The notes under the pieces were generated by a model, which was given only the letters and a program-made list of their open reading frames with translations, was not told the DNA's origin and made no database searches. A program made the translations under genes and the position numbers. 64,000 nt of DNA, from assembly GCA_963713045.1 (NCBI GenBank), contig CAVQKE010000003.1, positions 96,001 to 160,000 of the forward strand, written 5' to 3'. This DNA comes from an uncultured delta proteobacterium (GTDB taxonomy: Bacteria > Myxococcota > Myxococcia > Myxococcales > Myxococcaceae). The first letter of the stretch is position 1. Every line of letters begins with the position of its first letter. This document shows, piece after piece, positions 19,747 to 29,807 of this stretch.

Positions 19747-21213
19747 GTGCTCCATGCCCTTCAGAGCAACTGGCTCCTCGTCGGCTGCGCAGCGCTGGTG
19801 CTTCTTCTCGTCCTGTTTCACGCGCTGACCCCGGACCCCCTGTTCCGACGTGACGCCCGCGGCGCGGTCCGCTTGCTGGTGCTGGGGGTGGCGCTGCGCG
19901 GGCTTCACCTGGTGCTGGGCAACAACATCCACGGGGGGCTGGCCAAGGCACTGGAAGTGACGTGGATGGTTTTGGTGTCCTTCGGCGTCGTCCGCGCCGT
20001 GGTCTCGCTGTCGCTGTGGACGTTCCGCTCGCGTGAGCGGCCGGCGCCGAAAATCCTTCGGGATGTGCTGGACGCCACCCTCTACGTCCTGGTGGCGCTG
20101 TTCATCGTCAAGCAGGAATTCAACCTGGACCTCAGTAGCCTGGTCGCCGGCTCGGCCATTGCCTCGGTGGTCCTCGGCTTGGCGCTCCAGGACACCTTGG
20201 GAAATCTCTTCGCCGGCCTGTCCCTGCAGCTGGAACGTCCCTTCGAAGTGGGCGACTCGGTGGCCGTCGGCACGGAGAGCGGACGGGTGCTGCAGCTTGG
20301 CTGGCGCGCCACGCGCCTGGAGACGAAGCGCCGCGAAGTCATCACCCTGCCCAACAACCAGCTGGCCAAGCAGACGGTGAAGAATTTCTCGCGCGGCAAC
20401 GAGCCGGTGGGGGTGGACGTCTTCATCGGCGTCTCGTACGAGGCGCCGCCCAACCGGGTGAAAGAGGTGGTGGCGGAAACGCTGGCCGAGGTGCCACTGG
20501 TCTTGGCCTCCCCCGTCTACCGCACCCGCACCTGGGCCTTCGAAGAGATAAACATTAAGTACCGCATCCGCTTCTACGTCGCGGACTACGCCCGCGCCAA
20601 CCGGGTGCGCGACGAGGTGCTGACCCGGCTGTGGTACCGGCTCCGGCGCGAGGGGATTGAGATTCCGGCCGCGCCGCGCAGCATGTACCTGTTGCGGCCG
20701 CGAGCTTTCACTGGCGCGCCGGTGGAGGCCCGCCGTTCGCTGCTCGACGCGGTGGACATCTTTCGCGTCCTCAGTGACGAGGAACGCGACCTGCTGGCCG
20801 AGGCCATGGTGCAGCGCACCTTCGGGAGTGGCGAACGCATCCTCGAAGAGGGCGAGCCGGGAGAGACGTTTTACGTGGTGGCCTCCGGGACGGTGGCCGT
20901 CACCACCCGGCGGGGGGTGGAGGTGACGCGCTTGTCGCGCGGCCAGTACTTCGGGGAGATGTCGCTGCTCACCGGCGAACCGCGCTCGGCGACGGTGGTG
21001 GCGGTGGAGGATTCGGTCCTTTTCGAACTGAACCGGGCTGGGGTGGGAGAACTCTTCGTCGGGCACCCGGGCCTGGCCACGCAGCTGTCCACCGTCCTCG
21101 CCGAGCGGCGGTTGCAGCTGGAGGCAGTGGCCAACGCGGACATGCCGCCGTCGGACCATCCCGAGGCGAACCGCATTCTTGCCCGGCTGCGGCAGATTTT
21201 CGGACTCAAGTAA
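19747..21213 (+). CDS. MscS-family mechanosensitive channel with C-terminal cyclic-nucleotide-binding domain
   Basis: GLALQDTLGNLFAG...PFEVGD, LPNN; cNMP domain EGEPGETFYVV...FGEMSLL...RSATV. Confidence 0.92.
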   Translation: MLHALQSNWLLVGCAALVLLLVLFHALTPDPLFRRDARGAVRLLVLGVALRGLHLVLGNNIHGGLAKALEVTWMVLVSFGVVRAVVSLSLWTFRSRERPAPKILRDVLDATLYVLVALFIVKQEFNLDLSSLVAGSAIASVVLGLALQDTLGNLFAGLSLQLERPFEVGDSVAVGTESGRVLQLGWRATRLETKRREVITLPNNQLAKQTVKNFSRGNEPVGVDVFIGVSYEAPPNRVKEVVAETLAEVPLVLASPVYRTRTWAFEEINIKYRIRFYVADYARANRVRDEVLTRLWYRLRREGIEIPAAPRSMYLLRPRAFTGAPVEARRSLLDAVDIFRVLSDEERDLLAEAMVQRTFGSGERILEEGEPGETFYVVASGTVAVTTRRGVEVTRLSRGQYFGEMSLLTGEPRSATVVAVEDSVLFELNRAGVGELFVGHPGLATQLSTVLAERRLQLEAVANADMPPSDHPEANRILARLRQIFGLK

Positions 21214-21497
21214 TGGAAGCCGTGGCTCTCGCCCGCCTTCACGTAACAGAGCGAGCCCTAGCCCACCGGGCGGCTGACGTCGCCCACCCGCAGCTGGCCT
21301 TCGCCCGACAGGACGAAGTACAGCTCGTCCTCGTTGTGCGGCGTCTGCTTCTCTACGCTGCCAATGCCCAGGACGTAGACCCCGGCACTGAGAGCTGGAG
21401 CGCGGAGGAATTCGAGGAACGGCGTCCCGCTGGCGGCCCGCAGGGCGAGCAGCACGTCGAGCTCGAAGACTTGACTCCCCTGTTTCGAGCGCGCCAT
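21214..21497 (-). pseudogene. Cupin-domain gene with in-frame TAG and apparently lost 3' end
   Basis: QTPHNEDELYFVLSGEG...VG-TAG(21258-21260)-GSLCYVKAGESHGFH, then runs into the mscS stop. Confidence 0.65.
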
Positions 21498-22430
21498 TCA
21501 GCTGCGTCCGGCTCTCCGGACGGACGGGGCCAAGCGCACCCCCACCCGGCAGACACTGCGCAACTGGCAGCCTGCGCAAGCCTGGGCGCGGGCTTTTGCC
21601 GAGCACACGCCGCTCATGCCGTGGTGGCACAAGGGAAAGTCGAAACGCACCGGGTCGACGGCGTCGATGCGCCGCAGGTTGCTGGTAATTTCCAGGGCGG
21701 TGCGCCAACTCAAATCTCTGCGCCGCGTGAGGCCGAGGCGCCTGGAGATGCGGCCAATGTGGACGTCCAGCGGAATGACGAGGGCCGAGGCAGCAATGCC
21801 CTTCCACAGGCCGAGGTCCACCTCGTCCGGGCCGCGCACCATCCATCGCAGAAACATGTTGAGGCGCTTGGCGGCGCCGGGCCCAAGTGGCTCCGGAAGC
21901 AGGTGCTGAAGCCCGCGTGCCGGGCCGAGGGCGGCCACCAGCGGCGCGAGCGGCACGTCCCTCAGCGCCCGGACGAAGTGCGCCAGTGCAGCGTGCAGGC
22001 TTTCGCCACCGGCCAGCGGCTCGGCCACCAGCGCCTCGAGCGAGCCATGGGTGCGGAGGAGTCGCCCCGCGCCGAGCAGCAACACGGCGACGTCGGTGCC
22101 GAGGTTGAAGCGGTAGACAAAGCCGTGCAGCAGCGCCTGGGCACCGGGGATGTCCAGGTTCCGCACGAAGGCACCGGGGTGCGGCCCCATGGCGGAAAGC
22201 AGCCGTTCCACTTTGGGAACGAAGCCCTCCGCACGGCCGTAGGCGAGGGAGGCGGCGAGGAGGCCCGCCACCTCCGCGTCCTCCCGCAGCGGATAGCGCC
22301 GGGGGAATTGCACCGGGTCGAAGCCGATGCGCAGCCGGTTGGGGGCGGCGGCAGCGAAGCGCTCAAGCCGCGGGCGGAGCCGCTCCGCTCGGGACTCCGA
22401 CAGACGCAGAGCGCACGGCCGGCTGCTCAA
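21498..22430 (-). CDS. TIGR02757/DUF2400 family protein (HhH-GPD-like) with C-terminal Cys cluster
   Basis: DPVQFP, LAYG, KRLNMFLRWMVR, IPLDVH, DPVRFDF; C-x8-C-x2-C-x5-C tail. Confidence 0.88.
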   Translation of the reverse strand: MSSRPCALRLSESRAERLRPRLERFAAAAPNRLRIGFDPVQFPRRYPLREDAEVAGLLAASLAYGRAEGFVPKVERLLSAMGPHPGAFVRNLDIPGAQALLHGFVYRFNLGTDVAVLLLGAGRLLRTHGSLEALVAEPLAGGESLHAALAHFVRALRDVPLAPLVAALGPARGLQHLLPEPLGPGAAKRLNMFLRWMVRGPDEVDLGLWKGIAASALVIPLDVHIGRISRRLGLTRRRDLSWRTALEITSNLRRIDAVDPVRFDFPLCHHGMSGVCSAKARAQACAGCQLRSVCRVGVRLAPSVRRAGRS

Positions 22431-22440
22431 GAGAGCTCCT

Positions 22441-23007
22441 CTAACGACTCAATTCTCGAACGGCGTGGCCGAGTTCTGGGAGGATAAGCCGCTCCAACGC
22501 CAGCTGCGCCGCGTTGGGGCTCCCCGGCAACAGGAAGACTAGCAGCTCTCCATAGGTGCCAGCCAGCGCCCGCGACAGCCAAGCGGCGCTGCCAATCTGC
22601 TGGTAACTCAACATCCGAAACAGCTCTCCAAAGCCCGGCAACTCGCGGTCCAAAAGTGGACCCAGGGTGTCCACCGTTTGGTCGCGGCGGGTGAGGCCCG
22701 TCCCTCCAGTGAAGAGCACGGCTCGGGCCCCGGCCAGCTGCGCCGCTTGGAGGGCGCCGCGGATGGCGTCCGCCTCGTCTTGCACAATCACCTGGCCTAC
22801 CACCGGGTGTCCGGCGCGCTCCAAGCCCTCACGCAGCACCCGACCACTGGTGTCATCTGCGCGGGCTCGCGAGTCCGAGCAGGTGACGATGTAGCAACCA
22901 ACCTGCGACGGCGAATGCGCGCGGTGCTCGGCCACTGCTGTGCTTGGGCCCGTCACTCCCGGCGGCCGCTCGGTCGGCCCCCCTTGCTCGTGGTCCTCGT
23001 GTCCCAT
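22441..23007 (-). CDS. moaB: MoaB/MogA molybdopterin adenylyltransferase family
   Basis: TCSDSR, DDTSG, GGTGLTRRD, PGFGELFR, SRA, LPGSP. Confidence 0.88.
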   Translation of the reverse strand: MGHEDHEQGGPTERPPGVTGPSTAVAEHRAHSPSQVGCYIVTCSDSRARADDTSGRVLREGLERAGHPVVGQVIVQDEADAIRGALQAAQLAGARAVLFTGGTGLTRRDQTVDTLGPLLDRELPGFGELFRMLSYQQIGSAAWLSRALAGTYGELLVFLLPGSPNAAQLALERLILPELGHAVRELSR

Positions 23008-23021
23008 CGCGTTTAGCCTTG

Positions 23022-23336
23022 TCACCTTGGGTTGTTGACGTTGAGCACCAACTGGCCGTCTTCCTCGGTGACGTCGAAGACGGGCTGGTCATCACAGACG
23101 CCGGGGCTGGTGAGGTTTTTGCCGCTGTCCATGTCGAAGCCCACCTCATGACAGGGACACACCACCATGTTGCCTTCCAGGCGCCCTCCGCTGAGGAGGC
23201 AGCCGGCGTGGTTGCACCAGTCGTCCAACGCTTTCAGCCGCCCGTGAATCCGGGCCACGCACACGTTGAGTTTGCCGACTTCGAAGGGCCGAAGCTCGCC
23301 CTCCTTGACATCCGCCGCTCCCAGAACGATGCGCAT
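23022..23336 (-). CDS. Rieske-type [2Fe-2S] ferredoxin
   Basis: CNH...CPCH Rieske ligands. Confidence 0.88.
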   Translation of the reverse strand: MRIVLGAADVKEGELRPFEVGKLNVCVARIHGRLKALDDWCNHAGCLLSGGRLEGNMVVCPCHEVGFDMDSGKNLTSPGVCDDQPVFDVTEEDGQLVLNVNNPR

Positions 23337-23361
23337 TGTGAGGGAGCCACCATAATCTCGG

Positions 23362-25134
23362 GTGGCCACCTTGCGCATGCCCACCGACGTCTTCGACGCT
23401 GCCTTCATCGCCCGCGCTCTACGCGACATTGCCCTCTACCTGGAGTTGAAGGGCGAAAACGCTTTCAAAGTACGCGCCTACAACCTGGCGGCGGACCGCG
23501 TGCTGGCGGTGGGTGAGCGGTTGGCCGAGGTGGTGCGCGCCGGGGGGCTGGCCGAGCTGCCCAACATCGGTCCTGCCCTGGCGGAACGGATTCTCTCGCT
23601 GTATGCCAAAGGCACGCTGCCGCTGCTGGAGGAGCTCCGGGCGGCCTACCCGCCGGGCATTCTGGAGCTGCTGCAGCTGCCGGACCTGGGGCCACGAAAG
23701 GTGGCCAGCCTTTGGAAGGCCCTCGGGGTGGGCAGCGTCGCCGGACTGGAAGAGGCGCTGCGACAGGGCCGCGTCCATAGCCTGAAGGGCTTCGGTGAGA
23801 AGAGTGAAGCGAAGCTGTTGGCCAGCCTCGAGCAGTACCGCACCAGCCACACCCGGCGGCGGCTGGGGGACGTGCTGCCGGTGGCCATCGCCCTCAGGGA
23901 GGAGCTGCGCTTGGTGAAGGGCGTGGTGCGGATGGAAGTCGCCGGCAGCGTGCGGCGCTTCTGCGAGATGGTGTCCGACGTGGACCTCATCGCCTCGGCG
24001 GCCGAGGCGGCTCCGGTGCTGGAGGCACTCGCGCGCCGGCCGGGCGTGGCAGCAGTGCTGGCCCAGGGCGACAGCAAGTGCAGCGTCCGGCTGGAAGACG
24101 GGCTGCAAGTGGACTTGCGCGTCCTGCCCGACGAAGACTTCGCCACCGCGCTGCACCACTTCACCGGAAGCAAAGCCCACCACGTGCGCCTCCGCGGCCG
24201 CGCTCGAGAGCTCGGGCTGACCATCAGCGAGTGGGGCGTCTTCCGTGGAGAGGAGAAGCTCGCCGTCCCGGACGAGTGGACGCTGTACCGGCTGCTTGGC
24301 ATGGCCGACGTGCCGCCGGAGCTGCGCGAGGACTGGGGCGAAGTCGAGGCCGCGCTGGCCGGCACCTTGCCCACCGACCTGGTGGAGCCGGGAGACATTC
24401 TTGGGGCGGTCCACGCCCACACCACTTGGAGCGACGGCCGAGCTTCGATGTTGGAGATGGCGCGCGCCGCGGCGGCCCGTGGGTTGGAATACCTCACCGT
24501 CACCGACCACAGCGGTGCGGCCGGCTACGCCTCCGGGCTGTCGGCGGAGCGACTGCGCCAGCAATGGAGTGAAGTCGAAGCGGTGCAGGCCAAGGTGCCC
24601 GAGGTGCGCCTGTTGCGCGGGCTTGAAGTCGACATCCTTCAAGACGGCGCGCTGGACTTGCCAGACGCCCTGCTCGCCGAGCTGGACGTCGTCATCGCCT
24701 CGGTGCACGTCCGCCACGGCCAGGACGGCGCGGCCATGACGGCCAGGGTGCTGCGCGCGCTGGACCATCCCTGCACCGACATCCTCGGCCACCCCACCGG
24801 GCGACTGCTGCAGCGCCGCGAGCCATCTCCCCTCGACATGCCAGACGTCTTCGCCCGGGCAGCCGAGCGCGGCGTCACGCTGGAAGTCAACGGGAACCCG
24901 GACCGGCTGGATTTGAAGGCCGAGCACGTGCGGGCTGCCCTGGCGGCGGGCTGCCGGCTGGTGGCTTCGGTGGATGCCCATGACACGGCGTCGCTGGCCA
25001 ACGTTGACTTTTCCGCACGCACCGCCCGCAAAGGGGGTGCGCGCCGTGGCGACGTGCTGAATACGTTGGGCGCCGAAGACTTCCTTCGGGCGCTGCGTCA
25101 GCGCCATCCGCGGCCGCCGCGCCGGCGCGCCTAG
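23362..25134 (+). CDS. polX: DNA polymerase X / PHP 3'-5' exonuclease
   Basis: GENAFKVRAY, HhH motifs, GSVRR...DVD, VDLR, HFTGSKAH; PHP motifs HAHT, TDHS, GHPTGR, DAH. Confidence 0.95.
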   Translation: MATLRMPTDVFDAAFIARALRDIALYLELKGENAFKVRAYNLAADRVLAVGERLAEVVRAGGLAELPNIGPALAERILSLYAKGTLPLLEELRAAYPPGILELLQLPDLGPRKVASLWKALGVGSVAGLEEALRQGRVHSLKGFGEKSEAKLLASLEQYRTSHTRRRLGDVLPVAIALREELRLVKGVVRMEVAGSVRRFCEMVSDVDLIASAAEAAPVLEALARRPGVAAVLAQGDSKCSVRLEDGLQVDLRVLPDEDFATALHHFTGSKAHHVRLRGRARELGLTISEWGVFRGEEKLAVPDEWTLYRLLGMADVPPELREDWGEVEAALAGTLPTDLVEPGDILGAVHAHTTWSDGRASMLEMARAAAARGLEYLTVTDHSGAAGYASGLSAERLRQQWSEVEAVQAKVPEVRLLRGLEVDILQDGALDLPDALLAELDVVIASVHVRHGQDGAAMTARVLRALDHPCTDILGHPTGRLLQRREPSPLDMPDVFARAAERGVTLEVNGNPDRLDLKAEHVRAALAAGCRLVASVDAHDTASLANVDFSARTARKGGARRGDVLNTLGAEDFLRALRQRHPRPPRRRA

Positions 25135-25235
25135 CACCCACACCGGGCGCCCCACCCCAGGACGCTTCCGCCGGGGTGAGAGAGCGTGGGAGACTCCTCC
25201 CCAGCGGCCGCGCCGTCTTCGGCCCGGCTCGAGCA

Positions 25236-27107
25236 ATGTCCACGCCCACGCCCGCTGCCGCCGCCGAGGACCCACTGTTGGGGACAACGCTGGGAAGCTT
25301 CCGACTGGTGAAGCGCATTGGCCAGGGAGGCATGGGCACCGTCTACCTGGCCGAGCAAACCCTCATCGGCAGCAGGGTGGCGGTGAAGGTGCTTCACGAG
25401 CACCTGGCGGGGGACCCGTCCCTGGTGGCGCGCTTCTACGCCGAGGCGCGAGCCGTCAACCTCATCGTCCATCCCAACATCGTCAATATTTTCGACATGA
25501 ATGTGGTGCCCCCGCGCCGCTTCTACCTGGTCATGGAGTACCTCGAGGGGGAGTCGCTGGCCACCGCGGCGCCGGGGCGAATGGGCGCAGCGGAGGCACT
25601 CCCGCTGCTGATTCAGGTGTGCCAGGCCCTTGCGGCGGCCCACCGCAACGGCGTGCTGCACCGGGACTTGAAGCCGGAAAACGTCTTCCTCTGCCGCCGT
25701 GAGGGCGCAGTCCCCTTCGTGAAAATTCTCGACTTCGGCATCGCCAAGCTTTTCGGCGGAGACACCCAGCAGGGACAGACAACCGCCGGCTTCATCGTCG
25801 GCACTCCGGAATACATGGCCCCCGAGCAGGCCACCGGTGGGGCCCTGGACGGCCGAGCGGACCTGTACGCCCTGGGCGTCATTGCCTACCGGCTGGCGAC
25901 CGGTCGACTGCCGTTTGTGGGCGGAGGCATTACCGGGGTGCTGCTGGCCCACCGCGACCAGCCGCCCGCGCCCCCAGAGCAGCTGGTGGCCGGCCTGTCG
26001 CCTTTGTGGTGCAGCGCCATTCTCCGCGCTCTGGCCAAACGTCCCGAGCACCGCTTCCAGAGTGCCGAGGAATTCCGCGCCGCGCTGGAGGCGGCGCTGG
26101 CCGCGCTGGGCAATCCCGCGGGGCCACCCGCACGCCAGCCGGTACCGACGCCGGCAGCCGTGCCAGCTGCGCCCGCGGTGCCGACGGCCGCGCCCACCGC
26201 CCCAGCGGCGGCCGCGGCCACGCCGGCCACCTTCGCCGGTACGGTGGTCTTTACCGGCAGCCCGCCGCGCGCCGCCACGCTGCGCGACCTGTCGCGCGGC
26301 GGCCTCTTCCTCTGCCTGGATGGCGCCTTGCCCGCCCCCTACACCCGGCTGCGGCTGTCCCTGCAGGCGCCGGCCGGGGAAATGGTGGACGCCGAAGTGG
26401 TGCGTCAGGTGACGGCAGAACAAGCCGGCGCCTGGGGCATGCAGCCCGGCGTGGCGGTGCAATTCATCTCTCCCAGCCGTGCCTTCAAGGAAGCGCTGAC
26501 GCGGAGAATGGAAGGGCGCTCGGCGAGTGCGACGACGGCCGAGATGCCACGCGTCGAGCGTCTGGACACGCTGTGCGAGAGGGCGCTGGCCGGCTGGCGG
26601 GGAAAGCTGGAGAAAAGTCCCTACGCCCTGTTGGGCTGCTCGCAGGAGGCGGACTTTCCGGACATTCGCACGCGCCTCCGGGGCGCCCGTGCGGAGTTGG
26701 AGGCGCTGCGCGAGCGCGACCTCGCCCCCTCCCAGCGGCGCGAGCTGGAGCGCGTGCTGGCCAGGCTGCTGGAGGCAGGCGAGGCCATCGCCACCCCAGC
26801 GAAGCGGGCCGACACCGATGCCGAACTCGGCAACTGGCGGGGGGTGGCGCGCTGCATTGCCGCCGGGCTGACGGTGACCGAGCTGGAAGGCCGCCGGGAA
26901 CGCTACCTCCAAGGCCACCCGGGGGCAGATGCACGTGCCCATGTACACCGCGTGGCGGGCAAGGCCTGGGAGGGAAAGAGCGGGGTGATGCAGGCCGTGG
27001 AAGAATATGAACGGGGGCTCCAGCTGGACCCCCTCAACCTGGCCCTGCACCAGGCCTACTGGGCATTGAAGCGCCGCTCGCCGACTCCGGAAGGAACCCG
27101 GGCTTGA
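25236..27107 (+). CDS. Hanks-type Ser/Thr kinase with PilZ-like, J-like and TPR modules
   Basis: [40 protein letters not shown] PilZ-like barrel; SPYALLG J-like helices. Confidence 0.9.
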   Translation: MSTPTPAAAAEDPLLGTTLGSFRLVKRIGQGGMGTVYLAEQTLIGSRVAVKVLHEHLAGDPSLVARFYAEARAVNLIVHPNIVNIFDMNVVPPRRFYLVMEYLEGESLATAAPGRMGAAEALPLLIQVCQALAAAHRNGVLHRDLKPENVFLCRREGAVPFVKILDFGIAKLFGGDTQQGQTTAGFIVGTPEYMAPEQATGGALDGRADLYALGVIAYRLATGRLPFVGGGITGVLLAHRDQPPAPPEQLVAGLSPLWCSAILRALAKRPEHRFQSAEEFRAALEAALAALGNPAGPPARQPVPTPAAVPAAPAVPTAAPTAPAAAAATPATFAGTVVFTGSPPRAATLRDLSRGGLFLCLDGALPAPYTRLRLSLQAPAGEMVDAEVVRQVTAEQAGAWGMQPGVAVQFISPSRAFKEALTRRMEGRSASATTAEMPRVERLDTLCERALAGWRGKLEKSPYALLGCSQEADFPDIRTRLRGARAELEALRERDLAPSQRRELERVLARLLEAGEAIATPAKRADTDAELGNWRGVARCIAAGLTVTELEGRRERYLQGHPGADARAHVHRVAGKAWEGKSGVMQAVEEYERGLQLDPLNLALHQAYWALKRRSPTPEGTRA

Positions 27108-27601
27108 AGAGTTTCCTCCTCTCGACATTGTTGCCGGAGCTGGACCTCCGCGACGCCGGGGCCTTCGCCCGCGCCTACCCGCACCCCTGGCTGCTTCGAG
27201 AGTCTAGCCCGAGGCAGCCGGTGCACAGCACGGGCGCGACGCTTCTCATGCCGACGCCGGCCACGCTGGCCCGCCAGGGGCTGGCGCTGGCCATTGCGCT
27301 GGAACCCGCCCGGGCCGGTGCCACCCAGGTGACGTTGGGGCGCGGACACGCCTGCGACGTGGAGTTGGAGGACGGGACGCTGAGCCAGCTGCACTGCGTT
27401 TTCCTGCACGGCCCGGACGGCTGGCAGGTGGAGGATGTCGGTTCCACCAACGGCACCTGGGTGGACGGCACCCGGCTGGCCCGCGGCAAAACCATGCCCC
27501 TGGTCGATGGCACGCGCATCCAGGCCGCCCAGGTGATGCTCACCTTCCACCATTCGAGCGGCCTGTGGCGCAGGCTGGAGGCCGAGGCGCTGCGTCCCTA
27601 G
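27104..27601 (+). CDS. FHA domain protein
   Basis: LGRG...SQLH...DVGSTNGTWV; TTG start overlaps the kinase stop. Confidence 0.85.
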   Translation: MKSFLLSTLLPELDLRDAGAFARAYPHPWLLRESSPRQPVHSTGATLLMPTPATLARQGLALAIALEPARAGATQVTLGRGHACDVELEDGTLSQLHCVFLHGPDGWQVEDVGSTNGTWVDGTRLARGKTMPLVDGTRIQAAQVMLTFHHSSGLWRRLEAEALRP

Positions 27602-27626
27602 CCCCGGGGCCCCCACCCCAACCCCC

Positions 27627-28214
27627 ATGCCCGCGCTGCTTGCGCTCGCATTCCTTCTTGCCGCGCCGGCCCCTGCCCGGCCCACCGCCGCTGCCCTGCA
27701 GCGTGCGCTGGAGGCTGCGCAGCGCGCGCTGGTGGAAGTGCATGGACGGCGCCCGGGCGGCGCCGGCGTCCTGGTCGGCGCCCAGGGCCAGGTCCTGACT
27801 GCGCTGCGCTTCGTCGACGCCGAATGGGCCAACGTCCGGCTGGGCACCACCGTGCTGGGCGCTCGGCTTCTCCTCGCCAGCCCCACCCTCCGGGTGGCCG
27901 TCCTGCACATGGTGGGCCCGGGCCCCTACCCGGCCATCCCGGTGCGCTTGGACGCGCCGGGCGTCGGGGAATGGGTGGTGGGCATTGTGCTGTTGCCGGA
28001 CGGGACGGCCGAGCCCCGTCTGGGGCGGTTGTTGCGCGTCCCGGGCGAGGAGGGGCCGTGGCTGGAAGTCGCGGTGCGCCTGCCGGCGGGCAGCCTCCTC
28101 CTCGACGGCACGGGAAAGCTGTTGGGCGTGGTGGTGGAGCGCCGGACGGCCAGCGCCCTGGTGGCGCCGCTGGCCGCCATCCGGGCTGAACTGGAAAGCA
28201 CCTCCCAACGGTGA
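27627..28214 (+). CDS. Exported trypsin-like fold protein, catalytically degenerate
   Basis: Signal peptide; GAGVLVG...VLTALRF, GSLLLDGTGKLLGVV layout; no catalytic His or Ser. Confidence 0.6.
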   Translation: MPALLALAFLLAAPAPARPTAAALQRALEAAQRALVEVHGRRPGGAGVLVGAQGQVLTALRFVDAEWANVRLGTTVLGARLLLASPTLRVAVLHMVGPGPYPAIPVRLDAPGVGEWVVGIVLLPDGTAEPRLGRLLRVPGEEGPWLEVAVRLPAGSLLLDGTGKLLGVVVERRTASALVAPLAAIRAELESTSQR

Positions 28215-28933
28215 GGCGCCTTCTGGACAGTGCGCCGCTGCGGGAGGCCCTGCTGTTGTGGGCCCTCAGCTTCCTCGCCATCCTGTTGGCGCAGGCCACC
28301 GCGGCCTCGCTGGCCAAGCCGGTGGCGACGGTCGCATTCCTGTACCTGCCCCTGTGGGCCATGCGCCGACGGGGCGAGGACTACCAGGACTATGGCGTCA
28401 GCTTCCGCGCCTGGCGGGAGGACTTGCGGCTGGTGGTGGTGGTGTGCCTGGTGGTGCTTCCGCTGTTTACCGCCGGCTTCTGGCTCGCCACCGGGCTGCG
28501 CCCGCAGCTGCCGAGTTGGGCCCAGCCGGTGCTGGCGCCCTTGGCGGGCCACGCCCAGACGTTTCATGCCCGGCTGCCCAGCGGTTTTCTGCTGTGGGTG
28601 GTGGACCAGCTTTTCGTGGTGGCCTTGCCGGAGGAATTCTTCTTCCGCGGCTACCTGCAAGCCCGCCTACAGCTGGTGTGGCCGGGTGGTGCGCGGGTGC
28701 TGGGGGCGACGCTGGGGCCGGCCTTCCTCCTCACCGCGGTGTTTTTCGCGGTGGGCCACCTGGCCGTCTTCCACGCTTGGCGGCTGGCGGTCTTCTTCCC
28801 TGCCCTCCTGTTTGGCTACATGCGCGCGCGGACCGGGACGGTGCTGGGAAGTACCCTGGTGCATGCCATTTTCAACCTCTACTCCCTCTTCCTGGATGCC
28901 TCCTTCGCGCCCCTTTGGCAGAAGCAGCACTAG
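28211..28933 (+). CDS. CPBP/Abi glutamic intramembrane protease (myxosortase-like)
   Basis: EEFFFRG, FAVGH, HAIFN motifs with multiple TM helices. Confidence 0.85.
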   Translation: MRRLLDSAPLREALLLWALSFLAILLAQATAASLAKPVATVAFLYLPLWAMRRRGEDYQDYGVSFRAWREDLRLVVVVCLVVLPLFTAGFWLATGLRPQLPSWAQPVLAPLAGHAQTFHARLPSGFLLWVVDQLFVVALPEEFFFRGYLQARLQLVWPGGARVLGATLGPAFLLTAVFFAVGHLAVFHAWRLAVFFPALLFGYMRARTGTVLGSTLVHAIFNLYSLFLDASFAPLWQKQH

Positions 28934-28947
28934 GGACACCAGGCCGG

Positions 28948-29773
28948 CTACAGCACCTCGGGCTGCAGGCTGGGCCCCACGGCCAGGGCGTGTCCGTCTG
29001 GCAGCTCCAGCCAGTGGGCGCCGGGCTCGCGCGCCGTCGCCACCACCACCGCCCGCGACTGCTGGTGTGCACGCACGGCTGCCTCCCGTCCCTTGGTGCT
29101 TGGCCCCAGCTGGCAGCGGCTGCACTCCGGACTGCCTTCCAGGAGGCGGAAGTAGACGGGCACCCCGCCCAGGCGCGCGGCCACCAGGCAGCGCGCGTCG
29201 GTGGCCACAAGCAGCAGCCGGGCGGCATGGGCCGCCCCTTCGGCGGCGGCCCGCTGCGCCAATGCCCGGGCGACTTGCAGCAAAAGGCGCGCGGCGTCCG
29301 GGGCGGACGATTCGGCTTCGGCGCGCTCCAGCGCCCGGCGTCCCTTCAGGAAGAGGGCAAACGCCGCCGCGGCCACGGTCCGGGCGCCCATTTGCGTCAA
29401 CAGGTAGGGGGAAGCTCGGCCTCCACCCAGGCCTGCACCTTCGGCCAGGCTTCCAGCTGCCCGTCTTGGGCAAACATCCACCCCAGAAAGCGCAAAGGTT
29501 GCCCGGTGTCCTCGGCCGAAGCGCTGGGGGAAAGCAGCTCCGCCCGGTAGAGGAGGGCTGCGGCTGGGTCGGCAAACGCCGCGTCGGCCAGCGTCTGCGG
29601 GGCATCGGCGGCAGCGTACCGGCGCAGCAGCAACTCCTCCTCGACGGCCGAGCCAACCCCGACGGTGGAGTGCCGGACAGCGTCCAGGCGCAGGTGCACT
29701 TGGGGGAAAGCCGGACCAGCTGGCAGGGCAGCAAACTGGGGTGAGACGTTAGGACAGCGACGGTGACGGCCAT
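28948..29773 (-). pseudogene. Class II glutamine amidotransferase-like (Ntn fold) gene with two homopolymer frameshifts
   Basis: Three ORF frames join: MAVTVAVLTSHPSLLPCQL | QVHL...QPLRFLGWMFAQDGQL...AELP | YLLTQM...WLELPDGHALAV; shifts at 5-G runs near 29702 and 29407. Confidence 0.65.
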
Positions 29774-29801
29774 GGCAGACTGCTGACCTCCAAGGACACC
29801 G

Positions 29802-29807
29802 TATAAT
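29802..29807 (+). promoter_or_regulatory. Candidate -10 box upstream of Hsp70 gene
   Basis: Perfect TATAAT in a GC-rich intergenic region; no clear -35. Confidence 0.35.

Noticed and set aside
21258..21260. Pyrrolysine or other amber recoding in the cupin
   Set aside because: TAG terminates many intact genes here (e.g. polX, coxL), no pyl genes are seen, and the gene's 3' end is also missing
19651..27128. Long antisense ORFs (731, 622, 665 aa) over mscS, polX and the kinase
   Set aside because: They shadow well-supported genes on the opposite strand; low-information R/G/P-rich translations
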